A stretch of 64,000 nucleotides of DNA, from positions 372,001 through 436,000 of the forward strand of contig NIVC01000620.1 of assembly GCA_002269645.1 (NCBI GenBank). Direction: 5' to 3'. Origin of the DNA: Macrostomum lignano. Its lineage: Eukaryota. Made by a program: the position numbers and the translations under genes. The notes under the pieces were generated by a model. It was given only the letters and a program-made list of their open reading frames with translations. It did not search any database and was not told where the DNA came from. Shown here one piece after another: positions 22,603 through 36,009 of the stretch; the first letter of the stretch is position 1; every line of letters starts with the position of its first letter.

Positions 22603-25600
22603 CACGGTTAGGCTGGGCACTGATATTGAGGAAAAAATTGCCACAAGACGGCACCTATGTGCCATTAAACTACTGCCTTTCTGTAGTTTGGAAAGCCCAC
22701 TCATTAAAATTCATGTGCCTATCTTTGCTGTGTATGGCACTATATGTTTCGGTACACTTTAAAACAAAATATTTTATTGCTCTAATAGAATTTTTGCTAA
22801 TCAGATGATAATTATGAATAGACCACAAAGGACTTTGGGAGTAAATATTGCCCCATATCTGCTTGAGCAATAAAACGCTGCACCACAGGTAGCTTATGCC
22901 TTATAATTGCAGTCATAAAGAGGAATTTATCAATAGTAATAACACAGTAGTATCTTATCTATAATTGCTTTGTAATATTTCTGCCAGGTGCGTTAACTTG
23001 GTTATCATACTGCTCAATTTACTTATAAAGGTTTGATCTAGTTCTATTTGATCTAAAACAAGCGAGTGCCTGAACTGAAAGAGCTGTTTGCATAGCTTGT
23101 ACTGTCTACAATGCCAACGACAAAAAAAACTCATAACGAGAACAGGCAAAGTTTGTGCCTGCTCTGCTTGAGACGAGCTTCTGCGCTGATTTCTTCTTGC
23201 TCTAATTTCGAATCCGTGGCAGCCGACTTGTTCCAGGACTACGAGGCAGTGCGGCACTTTCTACCTGAAGGAGTTTGCCAGGGCTGCAGGCGCGTTTTAT
23301 CGTCACTAAGAAGTCTGACGCCTCGTGCTCTGCCACCGCGACCAGATTACGAGAAGATAATAGCCGACATGAAGAGTCTGCCTCCAGCCACCAGAAGCAG
23401 ACCGGATTGCAACTGCCAACTGTGCGAAATGGCTCGTGGCAATCACCACAAAGGCAGCGATCCAAAGACGCCTTACACAACAGGTCCTGCTCGAGCCCCA
23501 CCTGGTCGACCACGCGAAAGATCCCCAGCACCAGCTGAAGGAGCAACGGCTGTGCTTTCCTGCTCATACTGTCATTCTCCAGTTGGGCGTGGCAAACAGC
23601 ACAAATGAAACTCGACAGCTAAGGTGACTAACATCGAGCAAACAGTCAGCCCAAGGACAAGGGAGATGCTGGCCAGCAACTGCATTGCCGAAAAGACGGG
23701 TGGGTCGACGGCGGATTCGAATTCGATCACTCTGGCCAGACATCGAGGCGGCCATCCGATTCGAGTTGCTGTGCATGTTGCTCAAAACAGCAGTGCGAGC
23801 TTTCCTCCAACGAGGACGGACACTATGATGCACTTGAAAACAACTCTGAATCTGAGCAACAATCAAGTGCTACAGGCTGCTCAAGTGCTTCGTGCTGGCG
23901 CGAGCTCATCTCGTGCAGTCGAGTCAAACTTGAAGAAAATTTTGGTACAGCAAAATCGAGCATTAGAGGATTACTTCGACATCCAGAATCTCCAGTTCTC
24001 GGAGCTGACCTCGACTGCCGCAACAGCCGACACTATTTGCCGCCCGACTGTTGTCTGCAACGACTCGGTCAAACTCATTGCACATGTTGCTCAGCAACGC
24101 AGTTTCAATGATTTTCACTGTCTGCTGGGTCTCGATGGTGGCGGCGGATTTTTTAAAGTTTGCGTTTCGATAATTGGCTCTAACGCAAAACCCGAAATCG
24201 GAACTCGAGGAGCCAACAGCAGGAAATTCTGTGACACGGGTGTCAAGAAGATCCTGTTGCTTGCGATCGTCAACGACGTTCCTGAGACTTACGGAAATAT
24301 TCAGGCTCTGCTAGAGGCGATCGCTGTCAACGAACTTCAAATCCCAGTCACTGCAGATATGAAAGTTGCAAACATCATCTGCGGACTGCAACCTCATTCC
24401 TGTACACATCCGTGCCCCTATTGCGAAGCTCTGGCTCCTCTTACAGAAAATGGTGTGCCAAGAACTCTTGGGAGAATTCGGCAGTTTGCTCAGCAGTTTC
24501 AAGCAGCTGGCCAAGTTCGTGCAAAGGCAAAGAACTTTAAAAACTGTGTCAACATGCCACTGCTACCAGGCGATGATGACAAAGAAGTTTTGATGCTTCT
24601 GCCGCCACCTGAGCTGCACCTGCTCCTTGGAGTCAGCAACCGACTGCTGGACAAGCTCAACGAAGCTTGGGGTGCGAATCGCGCGTTCGAGTGGGCTCAT
24701 CAGCATGGCATTATTCGAGCTGATTACAGAGGTGGCATGATGGAAGGAAACGCCTGCCGCCAGCTGCTCCGCAAATCACCGCAGCTTCACGCTGATCTGC
24801 CTCCACCATTACAGCCGTACGGGGCGTGTCTGATGGCGTTCGATCGGCTGGTCAGCAGCGCCTTTGGAACCGAATTGGCGGCAGACTTTGAAGAGGCAAT
24901 TGAGAATTTTCGACTGGCCTACATGAGCTTAAGCTTACCTGTCACCCCAAAAGTTCACGTTGTCTTTTGCCATGTTGGAGAGTTCTGCCGGCGGACAGGG
25001 CAAGCGCTTGGCAGCTGCAGCGAGCAAGCAGTGGAGAGTGTTCACTCTGATTTTGCCAAAACGTGGTCACGGTACAGCCTGCCAGCGCACCATGCTGAGT
25101 TTGGCCAAAATCTTTTGCGCGCCGTGGTTGCTTACAACAGCCACCACATTTAATCCCGGTAACTCGGTTTTCTGCTTTACTGGTAAAAGAAATGGCAGTG
25201 GTTGTTAGTCTTACAGTAAAGTAGTATTCAAAGGACCCTATAAATTTAAAATACTAAAATTTTTGCAAGCTCCCGTACTGTAGAAAGCTTTCATACTTTT
25301 GCTACTTTATATGCTAATACGAGCGTACCTTGCAATATTATTGCAGAAATGCATGTAGTTCTGGTTAATATTTGAGGAACTTGCTACACAAAAAGAATAT
25401 AGTTATTTCGAAATTTTTCTATAAAACCCATGCTGTTTCTGAGTATTTAAATGTAAACAATTTGTAATGTTAGAAATCGTAAAATTATTTAACTTACTAA
25501 CTTACAAGCTAGTTAACAAGTAAAACAAGCAATAATACTACACAAACATTAACCTAAATAAACTTCTTGTAATCTTGTACTCTTTTTTGTACAAGTATAC

Positions 25601-25808
25601 ATTAAGTCTGTCACTTGCTAAAAATTTCTGCTTGTCTTATTAACGAGAGCAATTAATGAGAGCAATTGTACACAGATTGTACACAAAGATAGGCACATGA
25701 ATTTTAATGAGTGGGCTTTCTGAACTACAGAAAGGCAGTAGTTTAATGGTACATAGGTGCCATCTTGTGGCAATTTTTTCCCCAATATCAGTGCCCAGCC
25801 TAACCGTG
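22603..25808 (+). mobile_element. Full-length Chapaev (CMC superfamily) DNA transposon, 3206 bp
   Basis: About 125-bp TIRs (22603-22727 and 25684-25808) starting CACGGTTAGGCTGGG, CAC..GTG termini, and a 4-bp TSD GCTA (22599-22602 and 25809-25812). Confidence 0.9.
23111..25153 (+). pseudogene. Chapaev transposase, 680 codons, one in-frame TGA at 23606-23608
   Basis: ORFs 23111..23608 and 23624..25153 are in the same frame. Chapa zinc domain THNENRQSLCLLC...GVCQGCR...TRSRPDCNCQLC. Catalytic-region motifs LGLDGGGG, TADMK, CPYC, PELHLLLG, TPKVHVVFCHV, SEQAVESVHSDF. Confidence 0.88.
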
Positions 25809-26252
25809 GCTACTGTACTGACTAACAGTAATCAAACAGGTATGTCTCATTCAGCTTTAGAGACGAGAGCCAATCCGACTACTATCAGTTTATTCGGCTG
25901 CTTGGATGCTTCTCGCTATAGTTAAGCATGTATTTATATTTATTCGAATTAAAAGCCAAAAAAGTATCTGTTTTAAACTTTACTGATTTTATACAGTAGC
26001 AACCCTCAGTCTCTTTGCAAGACTGGCCACTTTGCAGAAAATGCTGTGGCAGAAGATCTGGTTCACTGCTGTGACTTTGCCCACTTTGCAAATCAATTCT
26101 GTATACTTTGCTGGGGTAATTATTGTCACTTTGCATACATCCAGATCCCCACTCCTGCGTTGTGATGACCTCTGCGTGGTGCAGGAGAGGCAACAACCCT
26201 GTTCACAAAAACACGGTTGGCTAACAATCACAGTTAGTATATAGCTAGTTAA

Positions 26253-26372
26253 ATCCCAGATCTCCCAGATTTCAGATCTCAGATTTCATATATCAGATCT
26301 CAGATCCCAGATCTCAGATCCCAGATTTCAGATCTCAGATCCCAGTCTCAGATTTCAGATCCCAGATCCCGG
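26253..26372. repeat. Short array of the 7-bp CAGATCY/CAGATTC satellite
   Basis: TCAGATC/CCAGATT heptamer runs. Confidence 0.9.
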
Positions 26373-26460
26373 GATTCTAAACTTTTAAATATACAAAATA
26401 CAACAGTCATTACCTATATTGTGCATATATTCTTAATGTCTTGTTTTCTCATGAAAATAC

Positions 26461-29244
26461 CTGTGTATTAGAACTCCCACGACTCCAACTCCCTCTTCTC
26501 TTCTCTGTCTCCTCTTTCTTTCTACTGACTCCCTCCTCTATCGTGTATCATCTCTCTCCCATCTCCCAATGCACCCCAGCTCTCACTTCTCTCCCATTTC
26601 TTTTCCCTATTCACCCTATAGGTCACTTCTCTCCCATTTTTCCCTATTCACCCTATCTGTCACTTCTTCCATTTCTCCCATATTTAGTATATAAAAATAT
26701 AAATTTCGAAAGGATTAGAATTTTATATAATAGAATTTCTGTAATCATTTGCAGCAATGGCAAAAAAAAAGTAGAAAGAGGCCGCGGAGACCGGCGGAGG
26801 CAGCACCGGAGGCTCCGGCGGAGGCAGCACCGGCGGAGGCGGCTGCCAGAGTTGACTGGGCCGCGGAGGTGGAGGCTGCGGCGGAGGCAGCTCCGGCGGC
26901 TCCGGCGGAGGCAGCACCGGCGGAGGCAGCACCGGCGGCTCCGGCGGAGGCAGCACCGGCGGAGGCGGCTGCCAGACGGCGGGCGGGCCGCCGCTGGGCC
27001 CGCGTCCGCAAAAGAGAAACATTAGTACGTGCATTTGCTGCCTAAATCATTTCTATATATATCTTTGCTATCTAGATCTCAGATTCCAGATTTCAGGTTC
27101 CAGATCCCAGATCTCAGATTCCAGATTTCAGGTTCCAGATCTCAGATTCCAGATCCCAGATCTCAGATCTTAAATCTCAGATTCCAGATCCCAGATCTCA
27201 GATTCCAGATCTTAGATTCCAGATCCCAGATCTCAGATTCTAGATCCCAGATTTCAGATCTTAAATCTCAGATTCTAGATCCCTGATCTCAGATCTTAAA
27301 TCTCAGATCCCAGATTCCAGATCTCAGATTCCAGATTCCAGATCCCAGATCTCAGATCTTAAATCTCAGATCTTAGATCTCAGATTCCAGATCACAGATT
27401 CCAGTTTTCAGGTTCCAGATCCCAGATCTCAGATTCCAGATTTCAGGTTCCAGATCTCAGATTCCAGATCCCAGATCTCAGATCTTAAATCTCAGATTCC
27501 AGATCCCTGATCTCAGATTCCAGATGCCAGATCTCAGATTCCAGATCTCAGATCTTAAATCTCAGATTCCAGATCCCAGATCTCAGATTCCAGATCTCAG
27601 ATCTTAAATTTCAGATTCCAGATTCCAGATCCCAGATCTCAGATCTTAAATCTCTGATTTTAGATCTCAGATCCCAGATTCCAGATCTCAGATTCCAGAT
27701 TCCAGATTCCAGATCCCAGATCTCAGATCTTAAATCTCAGATTCTAGATCCCAGATTCTAGATCCCAGATCTCAGATCTTAAATCTCAGATTTTAGATCT
27801 CAGATCTCAGATTCCAGATCCCAGATCTCAGATCTTAAATCTCAGATATTAGATCTCAGATTCCAGTTTTTAGGTCTCAGATTCCAGATTTCAGGTTCCA
27901 GATCCCAGATCTCAGATCTTAAATCTCAGATTCCAGATCCCAGATCTCAGATTCCAGATCCTAGATCTCAGATCTTAAATCTCAAATTCCAGATCCCAGA
28001 TCTCAGATTCTAGATCCCAGATCTCAGATTTTAGATCTCAGATCTCAGATTCCAGATCTCAGATTCCAGATCCAAGATCTCAGATTCCAGATTTCAGGTT
28101 CCAGATCTAAGATTCTAGATCTCAGATCCCAGACACAGTCTCAAGTTAGAATAAGCTTTACTGAGCTTTCAGATTGATGGTCAGGCACTAGGACATTACA
28201 TTACACAGAATTAAATTCAGCAAGCTTATTTGTGTAAATATTAATTTATTTCCAGATGCAAACCGTCGCCCGCTTGCAGCTGCTGCAAGCCCAGCTGCTG
28301 GGCCAGCTGGCTGGGTGATATTTTTCAAATATTGAATGCTAAAATGTATACTCCTAAATATGCAGTCTAATTTCTTTCATTTACGATTTAAATCGTAACT
28401 AGATCGGCTTCGTCTCGGCCCATCAACACAGTCCTCAGTCTTGTATGTGGTCCAGATAAATCAGTCCATGGGGTGATACCTTATACATATGCAGGCTAGC
28501 AAAAGAAGGCTATAGGGCTGCAGGGATCAGAAGTGAAGCTGCTGGCAGATCGTAGGAGATTTCAGATTTTCAGGTGTAAAATCCCTCCCCCTCTATGCTA
28601 AAGACCTCATTAATTCTCAGCACTGTCAAACACCTTTTAGATGCCCAGCAGTTCCTTCAGTGGCTGCACTGGCTGGTCCCTCAGGTCCTTCAGTGGGTGC
28701 CCCCTCAGATCCTTCAGTGGATGCCCCTTCAGAACCCAAAATCTAAAATCTAAAATCGACACATTTCGTAGCTGTCTACTTGGAGTAGCTGGTCAGAGAA
28801 GGCATCCCCGAATCTCCAGATTTCCTGATTCTCACATCCTTATCCCTGAATGTTATATCTTCCTATCTGATTTCCTCATGTTAATCTCAGAATAGCCTCA
28901 TACACAACACAACTATAGTTTATGTATAACGTCTCTGTGCATCAAAAGCTGAGCAGTTTAGAGTTAATAAGCAATTTACTATAAATGAAAAAAACAACAG
29001 TTCTCAGAGTAAAACTTACACTTGTTCTCTGGTTCTAATGTTCTCGCTATCAGAGACCTTATTCACGTCCCATCCCCCCCCAGAAATATCTTGATAGAAC
29101 AAATTGCGCGCCTCTCAAAAAAACTTACATTGCGACTTTTGAACTTTACAGAAATACTGGATTCGGCTTGCGGGGCGGAGGGCGAGGCGGGGGACGAGGG
29201 CGAGGCGGGGGACGAGGGCGAGGCGGCCAGCCCTTCCATCATTG
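26461..29244 (+). other. Low-complexity exon cassette, copy 1 (Ala/Pro/Glu-rich exon 26755-27024, QQFLQ exon from 28641, RGG-rich exon ending 29244)
   Basis: Canonical AG/GT boundaries and homology to 36010-37177 at several blocks. Confidence 0.4.
27070..28135. repeat. 7-bp heptamer-mosaic satellite, about 1.07 kb
   Basis: Units CCAGATC, TCAGATT, TCAGGTT, TTAAATC. Confidence 0.97.
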
Positions 29245-29429
29245 GTAAGTTGCCATAGGACACCATTTGTTTTTCAACACACAAAATTTAATTTTTTGGA
29301 CACATACATGTACAGTCCAGACACCTGTACAGACACACAGAGAGACAGAAAAACACGGAGAAGGACAGATAAACGGGCAGACAGACAGGTGATAAATGTG
29401 AAGGAAAATCAACGAGAGAAGAATCCGAG

Positions 29430-29627
29430 GGACGTGAGAGAGGCAGAGGCCAGAGTTTGCCAATACAGACAGACATTTCCTGACATTCTGCGCAGCACCC
29501 CAGCCATTTTAACTATTGACAAGTTTTTGTTGGGATATGACTTCAGATTTTGGAAAACATGCAAAAGTAGTTTCGGGGATTGGAATTCCACGGTTTCAAT
29601 ATACGCGGTTTTCAGTAGCTTGTGCTA
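29430..29627 (+). repeat. Dispersed non-autonomous repeat, copy 2 (see 19790)
   Basis: Same conserved blocks, also ending TAGCTTGT; preceded by GACA-rich sequence. Confidence 0.75.
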
Positions 29628-29639
29628 AGCGGGTCTATG

Positions 29640-29770
29640 AACTTTGCTAGCAGGAATTTTGCTGGCCGAAAGTTGCTAGCAGGAATTTTGCTAGCGAGGA
29701 TTTAGCTAGCCGAAATCTGCTAGCGAGAATCCAAACAAAACGGCAAGCAGCAATTTGGCTAGCCGAACTC
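29640..29770. repeat. Degenerate tandem array with a palindromic GCTAGC core
   Basis: TTGCTAGCAGGAATT / TTGCTAGCGAGGATT / CTGCTAGCGAGAAT units. Confidence 0.7.
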
Positions 29771-29892
29771 AGGAAGTTGTAATTCGGTAGAGACAATTTG
29801 CTTAGTCAAGTTTCGCAAGAATTTCACTAAATCCTCTATAGCGTCGCTCCACTTTTACCAATCCTCTTCAAATTGGACACAATCCAATTTTC

Positions 29893-30062
29893 AACTATTT
29901 TGACACAATCGTATAGTTTCGTATCTCGAAGTTAATTCTGAACGGCACTGTGTACTTTTAAAGTTAGTCTGCTTTTCGTCAGCAAGACAGCCACCCCAAC
30001 CTCCGTCTCTCTCCTTCCTGGCCACTAGACAGATGTGTGAAAGGGGTTTAAAATTGACTAAC
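29893..30062 (+). repeat. About 170-bp dispersed repeat; copies at 32130-32300 (+) and 59648-59830 (-, more diverged)
   Basis: AACTATTTTGACACAATCG...AAGTTAATTCTGAACGGCACTGTG...GAGACAGCCACC shared. Confidence 0.9.
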
Positions 30063-30093
30063 TTTCAGCTGACACAAGTATGCTCCACGTATA

Positions 30094-32020
30094 TTTCAGA
30101 TTCCAGATCCCAGATCTGATTCCAGTTTTCAGGTTCCAGATCCCAGATCTCAGATTCCAGATTTCAGGTTCCAGATCCCAGATCTCAGATTCCAGATTTC
30201 AGGTTCCAGATCTCAGATTCCAGATCTCGGATCTTAAATCTCAGATTCCAGATCCCAGATCTCAGATCTTAAATCTCAGATTCTAGATCCCAGATTTCAG
30301 ATCTTAAATCTCAGATTTTAGATCCCAGATCTCAGATTCCAGATCTCAGATTCCAGATTCCAGATCTCAGATTCCAGATCTCAGATTCCAGATTCCAGAT
30401 CCCAGATCTTAAATCTCAGATTAGATATCAGATTCCGGATTTCAGGTTCCAGATCTCAAATTCCAGTTCCCAGATCTCAGATCTTAAATCTCAGATTCCA
30501 GATCCCAGATCTCAGATTCCAGATCCCAGATCTCAAATCCTTAATTTCAGATTCCAGTTCCCAGATCTCAGATTCCAGATCCCAGATCTCAGATCTTAAA
30601 TCTCAGATTCAAGATCCCAGATCTCAGATCTTAAATCTCAGATTCTAGATCCCAGATTTCAGATCTTAAATCTCAGATTTTAGATCCCAGATCTCAGATC
30701 TTAAATCTCAGATTTTAGATATCAGATCCCATATTCCAGATCTCAGATTGCAGATTCCAGATCCCAGATCTCAGATCTTAAATCTCAGATCTTAGATCAC
30801 AGATTCCAGTTTTCAGGTTCCAGATCTCAGATTCCAGATTTCAGGTTCCAGATCTCAGATTCCAGATCCCAGATCTCAGATCTTAAATCTCAGATTCCAG
30901 ATCCCTGATCTCAGATTCTAGATCCCAGATCTCAGATCGTAAATCTCAGATTCTAGATCCCAGATCTCAGGTCTTAAATCTCAGATCCCAGATTTCAGAT
31001 CTCAAATTCCAGATCCAGATTCCAGATTCCAGATCACAGATTCCAGTTTTCAGGTTCCAGATCCAGATCTCAGATTCCAGATTTCAGGTTCCAGATCTCA
31101 AATTCCAGTTCCCAGATCTCAGATCTTAAATCTCAGATTCCAGATCTCAGATTCCAGATTCCAGATCCCAGATCGCAGATCTTAAATCTCAGATCTTAGA
31201 TATCAGATTCCAGATCTCAGATTCCAGATTTCAGGTTCCAGATCTCAAATTCCAGTTCCCAGATCTCAGATCTTAAATCTCAGATTCCAGATCCCAGATC
31301 TCAGATTCCAGTTCACAGATCTCAGATCATAAATCTCAGATTCCAGATCCCAGATCTCAGATCTTAAATCTCAGATTCCAGATCCCAGATTTCAGATCTT
31401 AAATCTCAGATTTCAGATCCCGGATCTCAGATCTTAAATCTTAGATTTTAGATCTCAGATCCCAGATTCCAGATCTCAGATTCCAAATTCCAGATCTCAG
31501 ATTCCAAATTCCAGATCTCAGATCTCAGATCTTAAATCTCAGATCTTAAATCTCAGATTCCAGATCACAGATTCCAGTTTTCAAGTTCCAGATCCCAGAT
31601 CTCAGATTCCAGATCTCAGATCTTAAATCTCAGATTCCAGATCCCTGATCTCAGATTCTAGATCCCAGATCTCAGATCTTAAATCTCAGATCCCAGATTC
31701 CAGATCTCAGATCTTAAATCTCAGATTCCAGATCACAGATTCCAGTTTTCAGGTTCCAGATCCAGATCTCAGATTCCAGATTTCAAGTTCAAGATCTCAA
31801 ATTCCAGATCCCAGGTCTTAAATCTCAGATTCCAGATCCCAGATCTCAGATTCCAGATCCCAGATCTTAGATCTTAAATCTCAGATTTCAGATCCCTGAT
31901 CTCAGATTCTAGATCCCAGATCTCAGATCTTAAATCTCAGATTTTAGATCTCCGATCCCAGATTCCAGATCACAGATTCCAGATCTCAGATTCCAGATTC
32001 AATTCAATTCAATTCAAGTT
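30094..32020. repeat. 1.9-kb 7-bp satellite block with an (AATTC)n end, flanked by a 13-bp direct repeat
   Basis: TGCTCCACGTATA at 30081-30093 and 32021-32033. Confidence 0.92.
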
Positions 32021-33504
32021 TGCTCCACGTATACAGCCATTGACTACAAACTTTATACCATTCTTCAATGACTCATTATTTGTCTAAATATAAAGTCTAA
32101 ACTTTGTACTTTTTGACACAACTATTTGAACAACTATTTTGACACAATCGTATAAAGTTTCGAGACTCGAAGTTAATTCTGAACGGCACTGTGTACTTTT
32201 AAAGTTAGTCTGCTTTTCGTCAGCGAGACAGCCACCTCAACCTCCGTCTCTCTCCTTCCTGGCCACTAGACAGATGTGTGAAAGGGGTTTAAAACTAACT
32301 ACTGTCCTACTACGAGCTATCTGATTGCGACTTGAGAGTATTCTGTCCCCACAATGACAAACTGACTTTCCAAGCACTTGAACTGATGAGCCAGCAGATT
32401 TGTCTGTCTTGTGTGTCTGACCATACGCTCGTATATATTCTATATGTACTAATATACATTATAAATTTCAATTCTAAATTCTAGTATATTATATATAGTC
32501 GAATAGTTTTCCCATAAAAGTTTGAACGCTGACTTGCAAGCAGCCTACTAGGAGTTATCGTACATTGAGAGAGGGCCACCGTTCTACACCCACCCCAAAA
32601 CTGAGCACGCGGGCCAATGAGAATTCTCCCACGGTGAGTTAGGCAAGCCAACCCCTCCCTTTGATTAATGAGCCTCTCGCTTTTTGATTCAACGACGGCC
32701 ACCACCCACGGTGTAAGTTAATTTGTGGCTTTATTCACCAGTATCAAGGAGCTTATATAAAGAGCTGGAAAGAAAATTCTATCCTTGTCTCATTTTAAGC
32801 ATAGGCCTGCATAGAGTATAAATATTTGAGCGCAAGCCTAACGGCTTTACTTGGTTATTTTTAATTTGTCTTTAAATACAGGTAAGTTCAAGGAATCGAA
32901 TAATTTTAAAGCGAAAATGCCACTGTTTGAATAATTCTTAGTAAAATTCAGTTTTGCTGCAAGCGCACGATATCAAGTTTTTTCAATGGAATATATTAGA
33001 TTATTCTTTCAACGAGCGTCATAAGACTTGGCGCCAAGTTTTTTGATTGTGATTTTCGCTTGCAAAAATTGTGGATGGCATTTTGAACTATAAAATTGTT
33101 CGACTTCCTAGAGTCTTACTCTGATAATACGCTTTATAATAACCAATATTTGCTTAGTTTTAAGCATATATAGTGAGTTTTAAGCTATGCGCATTTAGTT
33201 ATAACAGACTTAGACATTTATTATAGGTAAATATTTACAGTTCATAATAAGCTATATATATATATTTAGTAATAAGCTATATATAGTTATTTCTGTCATA
33301 TCTGTTATCTATCCTAGTGTCTATCTTAGTGTCTGTCCCAATGTCTTTCTTAGTGTCTGTCTTACTCCACTTCTCTCCCGTTGTCTCTCCTCTGCTCTCT
33401 CTCCCGTCTTCTTTCCTCTGCTCTCTCTCCCGTCTTCTTTCCTCTCTTAGTACTCTCATGGCTGTTCTCATGCTTTGATCACGTCTTCTTTCTTGCCAAT
33501 TTGC

Positions 33505-34245
33505 AGTCCTGAAAGGAATTTGTGTATTTTAATCTCCACTGCAGTCTGCAGCAGTTTAACAACAAAGGAAATACGCATTTCTTAGGAGGAAATTTAAAAT
33601 TCAAAGCACTTTTAAGAGAAACCTAAAATTTCCATGGTGTGACTAATTTAGTAGGGTTGTATTGCATTGCATCGCCTTTTCATAAATCTTTCGCTTTTAC
33701 AAACCATGCTGAATTCCCTCGATTTGCCATCCACTGTTAAACTGCTGCAGAGTTTTCCAATACAGACGACAGTGGTTAGAATTTCTCACTAAACTGTCAT
33801 GGCTAAACGTAGCCTCTCCACGCGCGGGGGTACAGAGAAGGCTATTAAAAAGTTATTCCAAAACACTGTACATTTGCTATGTACATGTACATTCAGTCCT
33901 ATCGCCTGACCCTTCGTCTGGCTCTGGGGGAATGAGTGAGTGAGTGGCACAAACAACAGAAAAAGCAGACAAACTTCACATGCTTACAGTTTCTTTTTCG
34001 GTTGAGTTACAGAGTTGAAACTTCCTATTTCAACTTGAAATTAAAACTTAAATATTGAAACTAATCAATCAGCAGCCCTAAGAGGAATTTGTGTATCTCC
34101 AGCTCCATCACAGTCTGCGGCAGTGTAACAACCAAGGAAATATGCATTTTTAGGAGGCCATTTAGATTTAAAAAATTACCTTATGCGAATCTTAATGTTA
34201 AAATCTTCATGGCGTAACTAATTTAGTAGGATTACATAGCCATCC
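33505..34245. repeat. Diverged direct repeat pair of about 170 bp (33505-33670 and 34075-34245)
   Basis: GGAATTTGTGTAT...CAGTCTGC.GCAGT.TAACAAC.AAGGAAATA.GCATTT...CTAATTTAGTAGG in both. Confidence 0.75.
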
Positions 34246-34539
34246 ACTTTTCTCTTTCCCACCGTTTCTAGTGCTCCCAAAGCACACAAATTTTTCCTAT
34301 ACACAAGCAATATACTGAACACAGACCTTTAAATCCAGGAGGTTCACCCTGAGTATCTGAGTGACCTGCGAGACAACTAGGAAGAGTAGGCTACTAAAAG
34401 TAGTATGAGGAGGACATGTGCACTATGGTTTCTAGACATACACTAGCATCACGAATCCGGCGCCTTAGAAGCAGCGGCTTACGGCTGTAACGGCTTACTG
34501 CGGCTTACGGCTTACTAACTGAAATTGCGCTGGGCGGGC

Positions 34540-34608
34540 GGGCTGGGTTATCTGATTGTGGGGAAAGTCTTCGGAATTTTTTAAAATTTTTAAACGGACA
34601 GACATTTT

Positions 34609-34646
<38 letters not shown>

Positions 34647-34880
34647 TACATACAGAAGGACAGACAGGCAGACAGACCGATACAGACAGACATACAGAAG
34701 GACAGACAGACTGACAGGCAGGCAGACCGATACAGACATACAGAAGGACAGACAGACAGACAATTCCGAGAACTTTCCCTACAATCAGATATGAACCCTC
34801 GGGGCGAAATAGTTGGATGTGCCTATGTATATATTGTATTTAAATAAAAATGGTTCGCCCCGAGGGTTCTTACCCAGCCC
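34540..34880. mobile_element. Dumbbell non-autonomous element with nested inverted repeats and a (GACA)n loop, copy 1
   Basis: Outer IR GGGCTGGG. IR1 ATCTGATTGT.GGGAAAGT (34550 and 34772-34790). IR2 GAACCCTCGGGGCGAA (34793-34808 and 34854-34869). Confidence 0.65.
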
Positions 34881-36009
34881 CCTTTTTGGATTAAAAATCT
34901 TTGCCTTCAATTTCTTCCTTATTTATTGATCATACCATAGTATAAGCTTGGCAGGTTGTAATCAGTAAAAAAGCATTGCACACTGTTCCGATTTACATTT
35001 AAAAAAATATTACTTAGGACTGCCGTTCAATGCAACCAATTAAGTTCAATTCCAGCACCCCAGCAGCCTGGCTGGCTAGCCCTGGTTTGGCCACTCGGCT
35101 ACGTTCTGATACTTGGCGGCACTGCATCCTACCATCCTACGAGTTATTGCATCCTACTACAACAGATAAGTACATTCCATCCACAATTGACTCGTTCGTC
35201 TTAAGCAAATACCCTCCAGAATCCACCCTGGGTCTTTACCCTCCAGAATCTTCAGCAATATGTAACGAAGACAAAACTAACCAGTTAAAAACATTTTGCA
35301 CTCTCATTCAGATTCTGCCCGATCGCTACGAGGGCTTCGAGCGCGCTCTGCCGTTGCCGGAGCTCTGGGCTGCCGGCTTTTTAATCTAGCCGGACCTGGG
35401 GCCCAGGATATGGCCTGGCCGCTGCGATGCCATAGGGGCACCACAAATCTGCACCTGGATACCTGGATACTTTTGTCACCATAGCAAAACGAGTTGAAAG
35501 TGAGAAGCATATGAATGCTTATTTAAAACCAGTTTAATTATTGGTTTAGTAACTTTAGTTTAGTGAAAACAGAATTAACTGACTAACATTGACAATTTTA
35601 ATATCTTCGCTATAGCTACCATAAAGCTCTCTAGTCATGCTACGCTATAAATTTACACTGAATGTTGACTGTTTACATACGTTACTAATTATTGAGCAAT
35701 TAACTGATATCCACAGTCACTTATTACTCTGTATCCATGACAATACCTGTAAACTATTTTTACTACTTAAATCCATCACAATAGTAATCAATATTTTATT
35801 GCCTAATAACTGAGATATCTTTTAATTCTATAATGTCAAATCCTATTTTACAATTCAATACATATCAGTTTTCAAATATCAATTCTCTACTTTTATTCGA
35901 TTTATTTTATACTGTACTTCGATTTATTTATATTGATGCACTGCTTTATTACTGTTCTTATACTACTGTTCTTATTAATGTTCTTGTAGTTGTTTTTTTA
36001 AGAGAATAA

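Noticed and set aside
22603-22640. RSS-like heptamer/nonamer spacing in the Chapaev TIR
   Set aside because: Only CAC and a loosely placed A-tract match; spacing is neither 12 nor 23.
23606-23608. Selenocysteine or programmed readthrough of the TGA at a Cys position
   Set aside because: No SECIS-like element recognised; a single C/T-to-A nonsense mutation is simpler.
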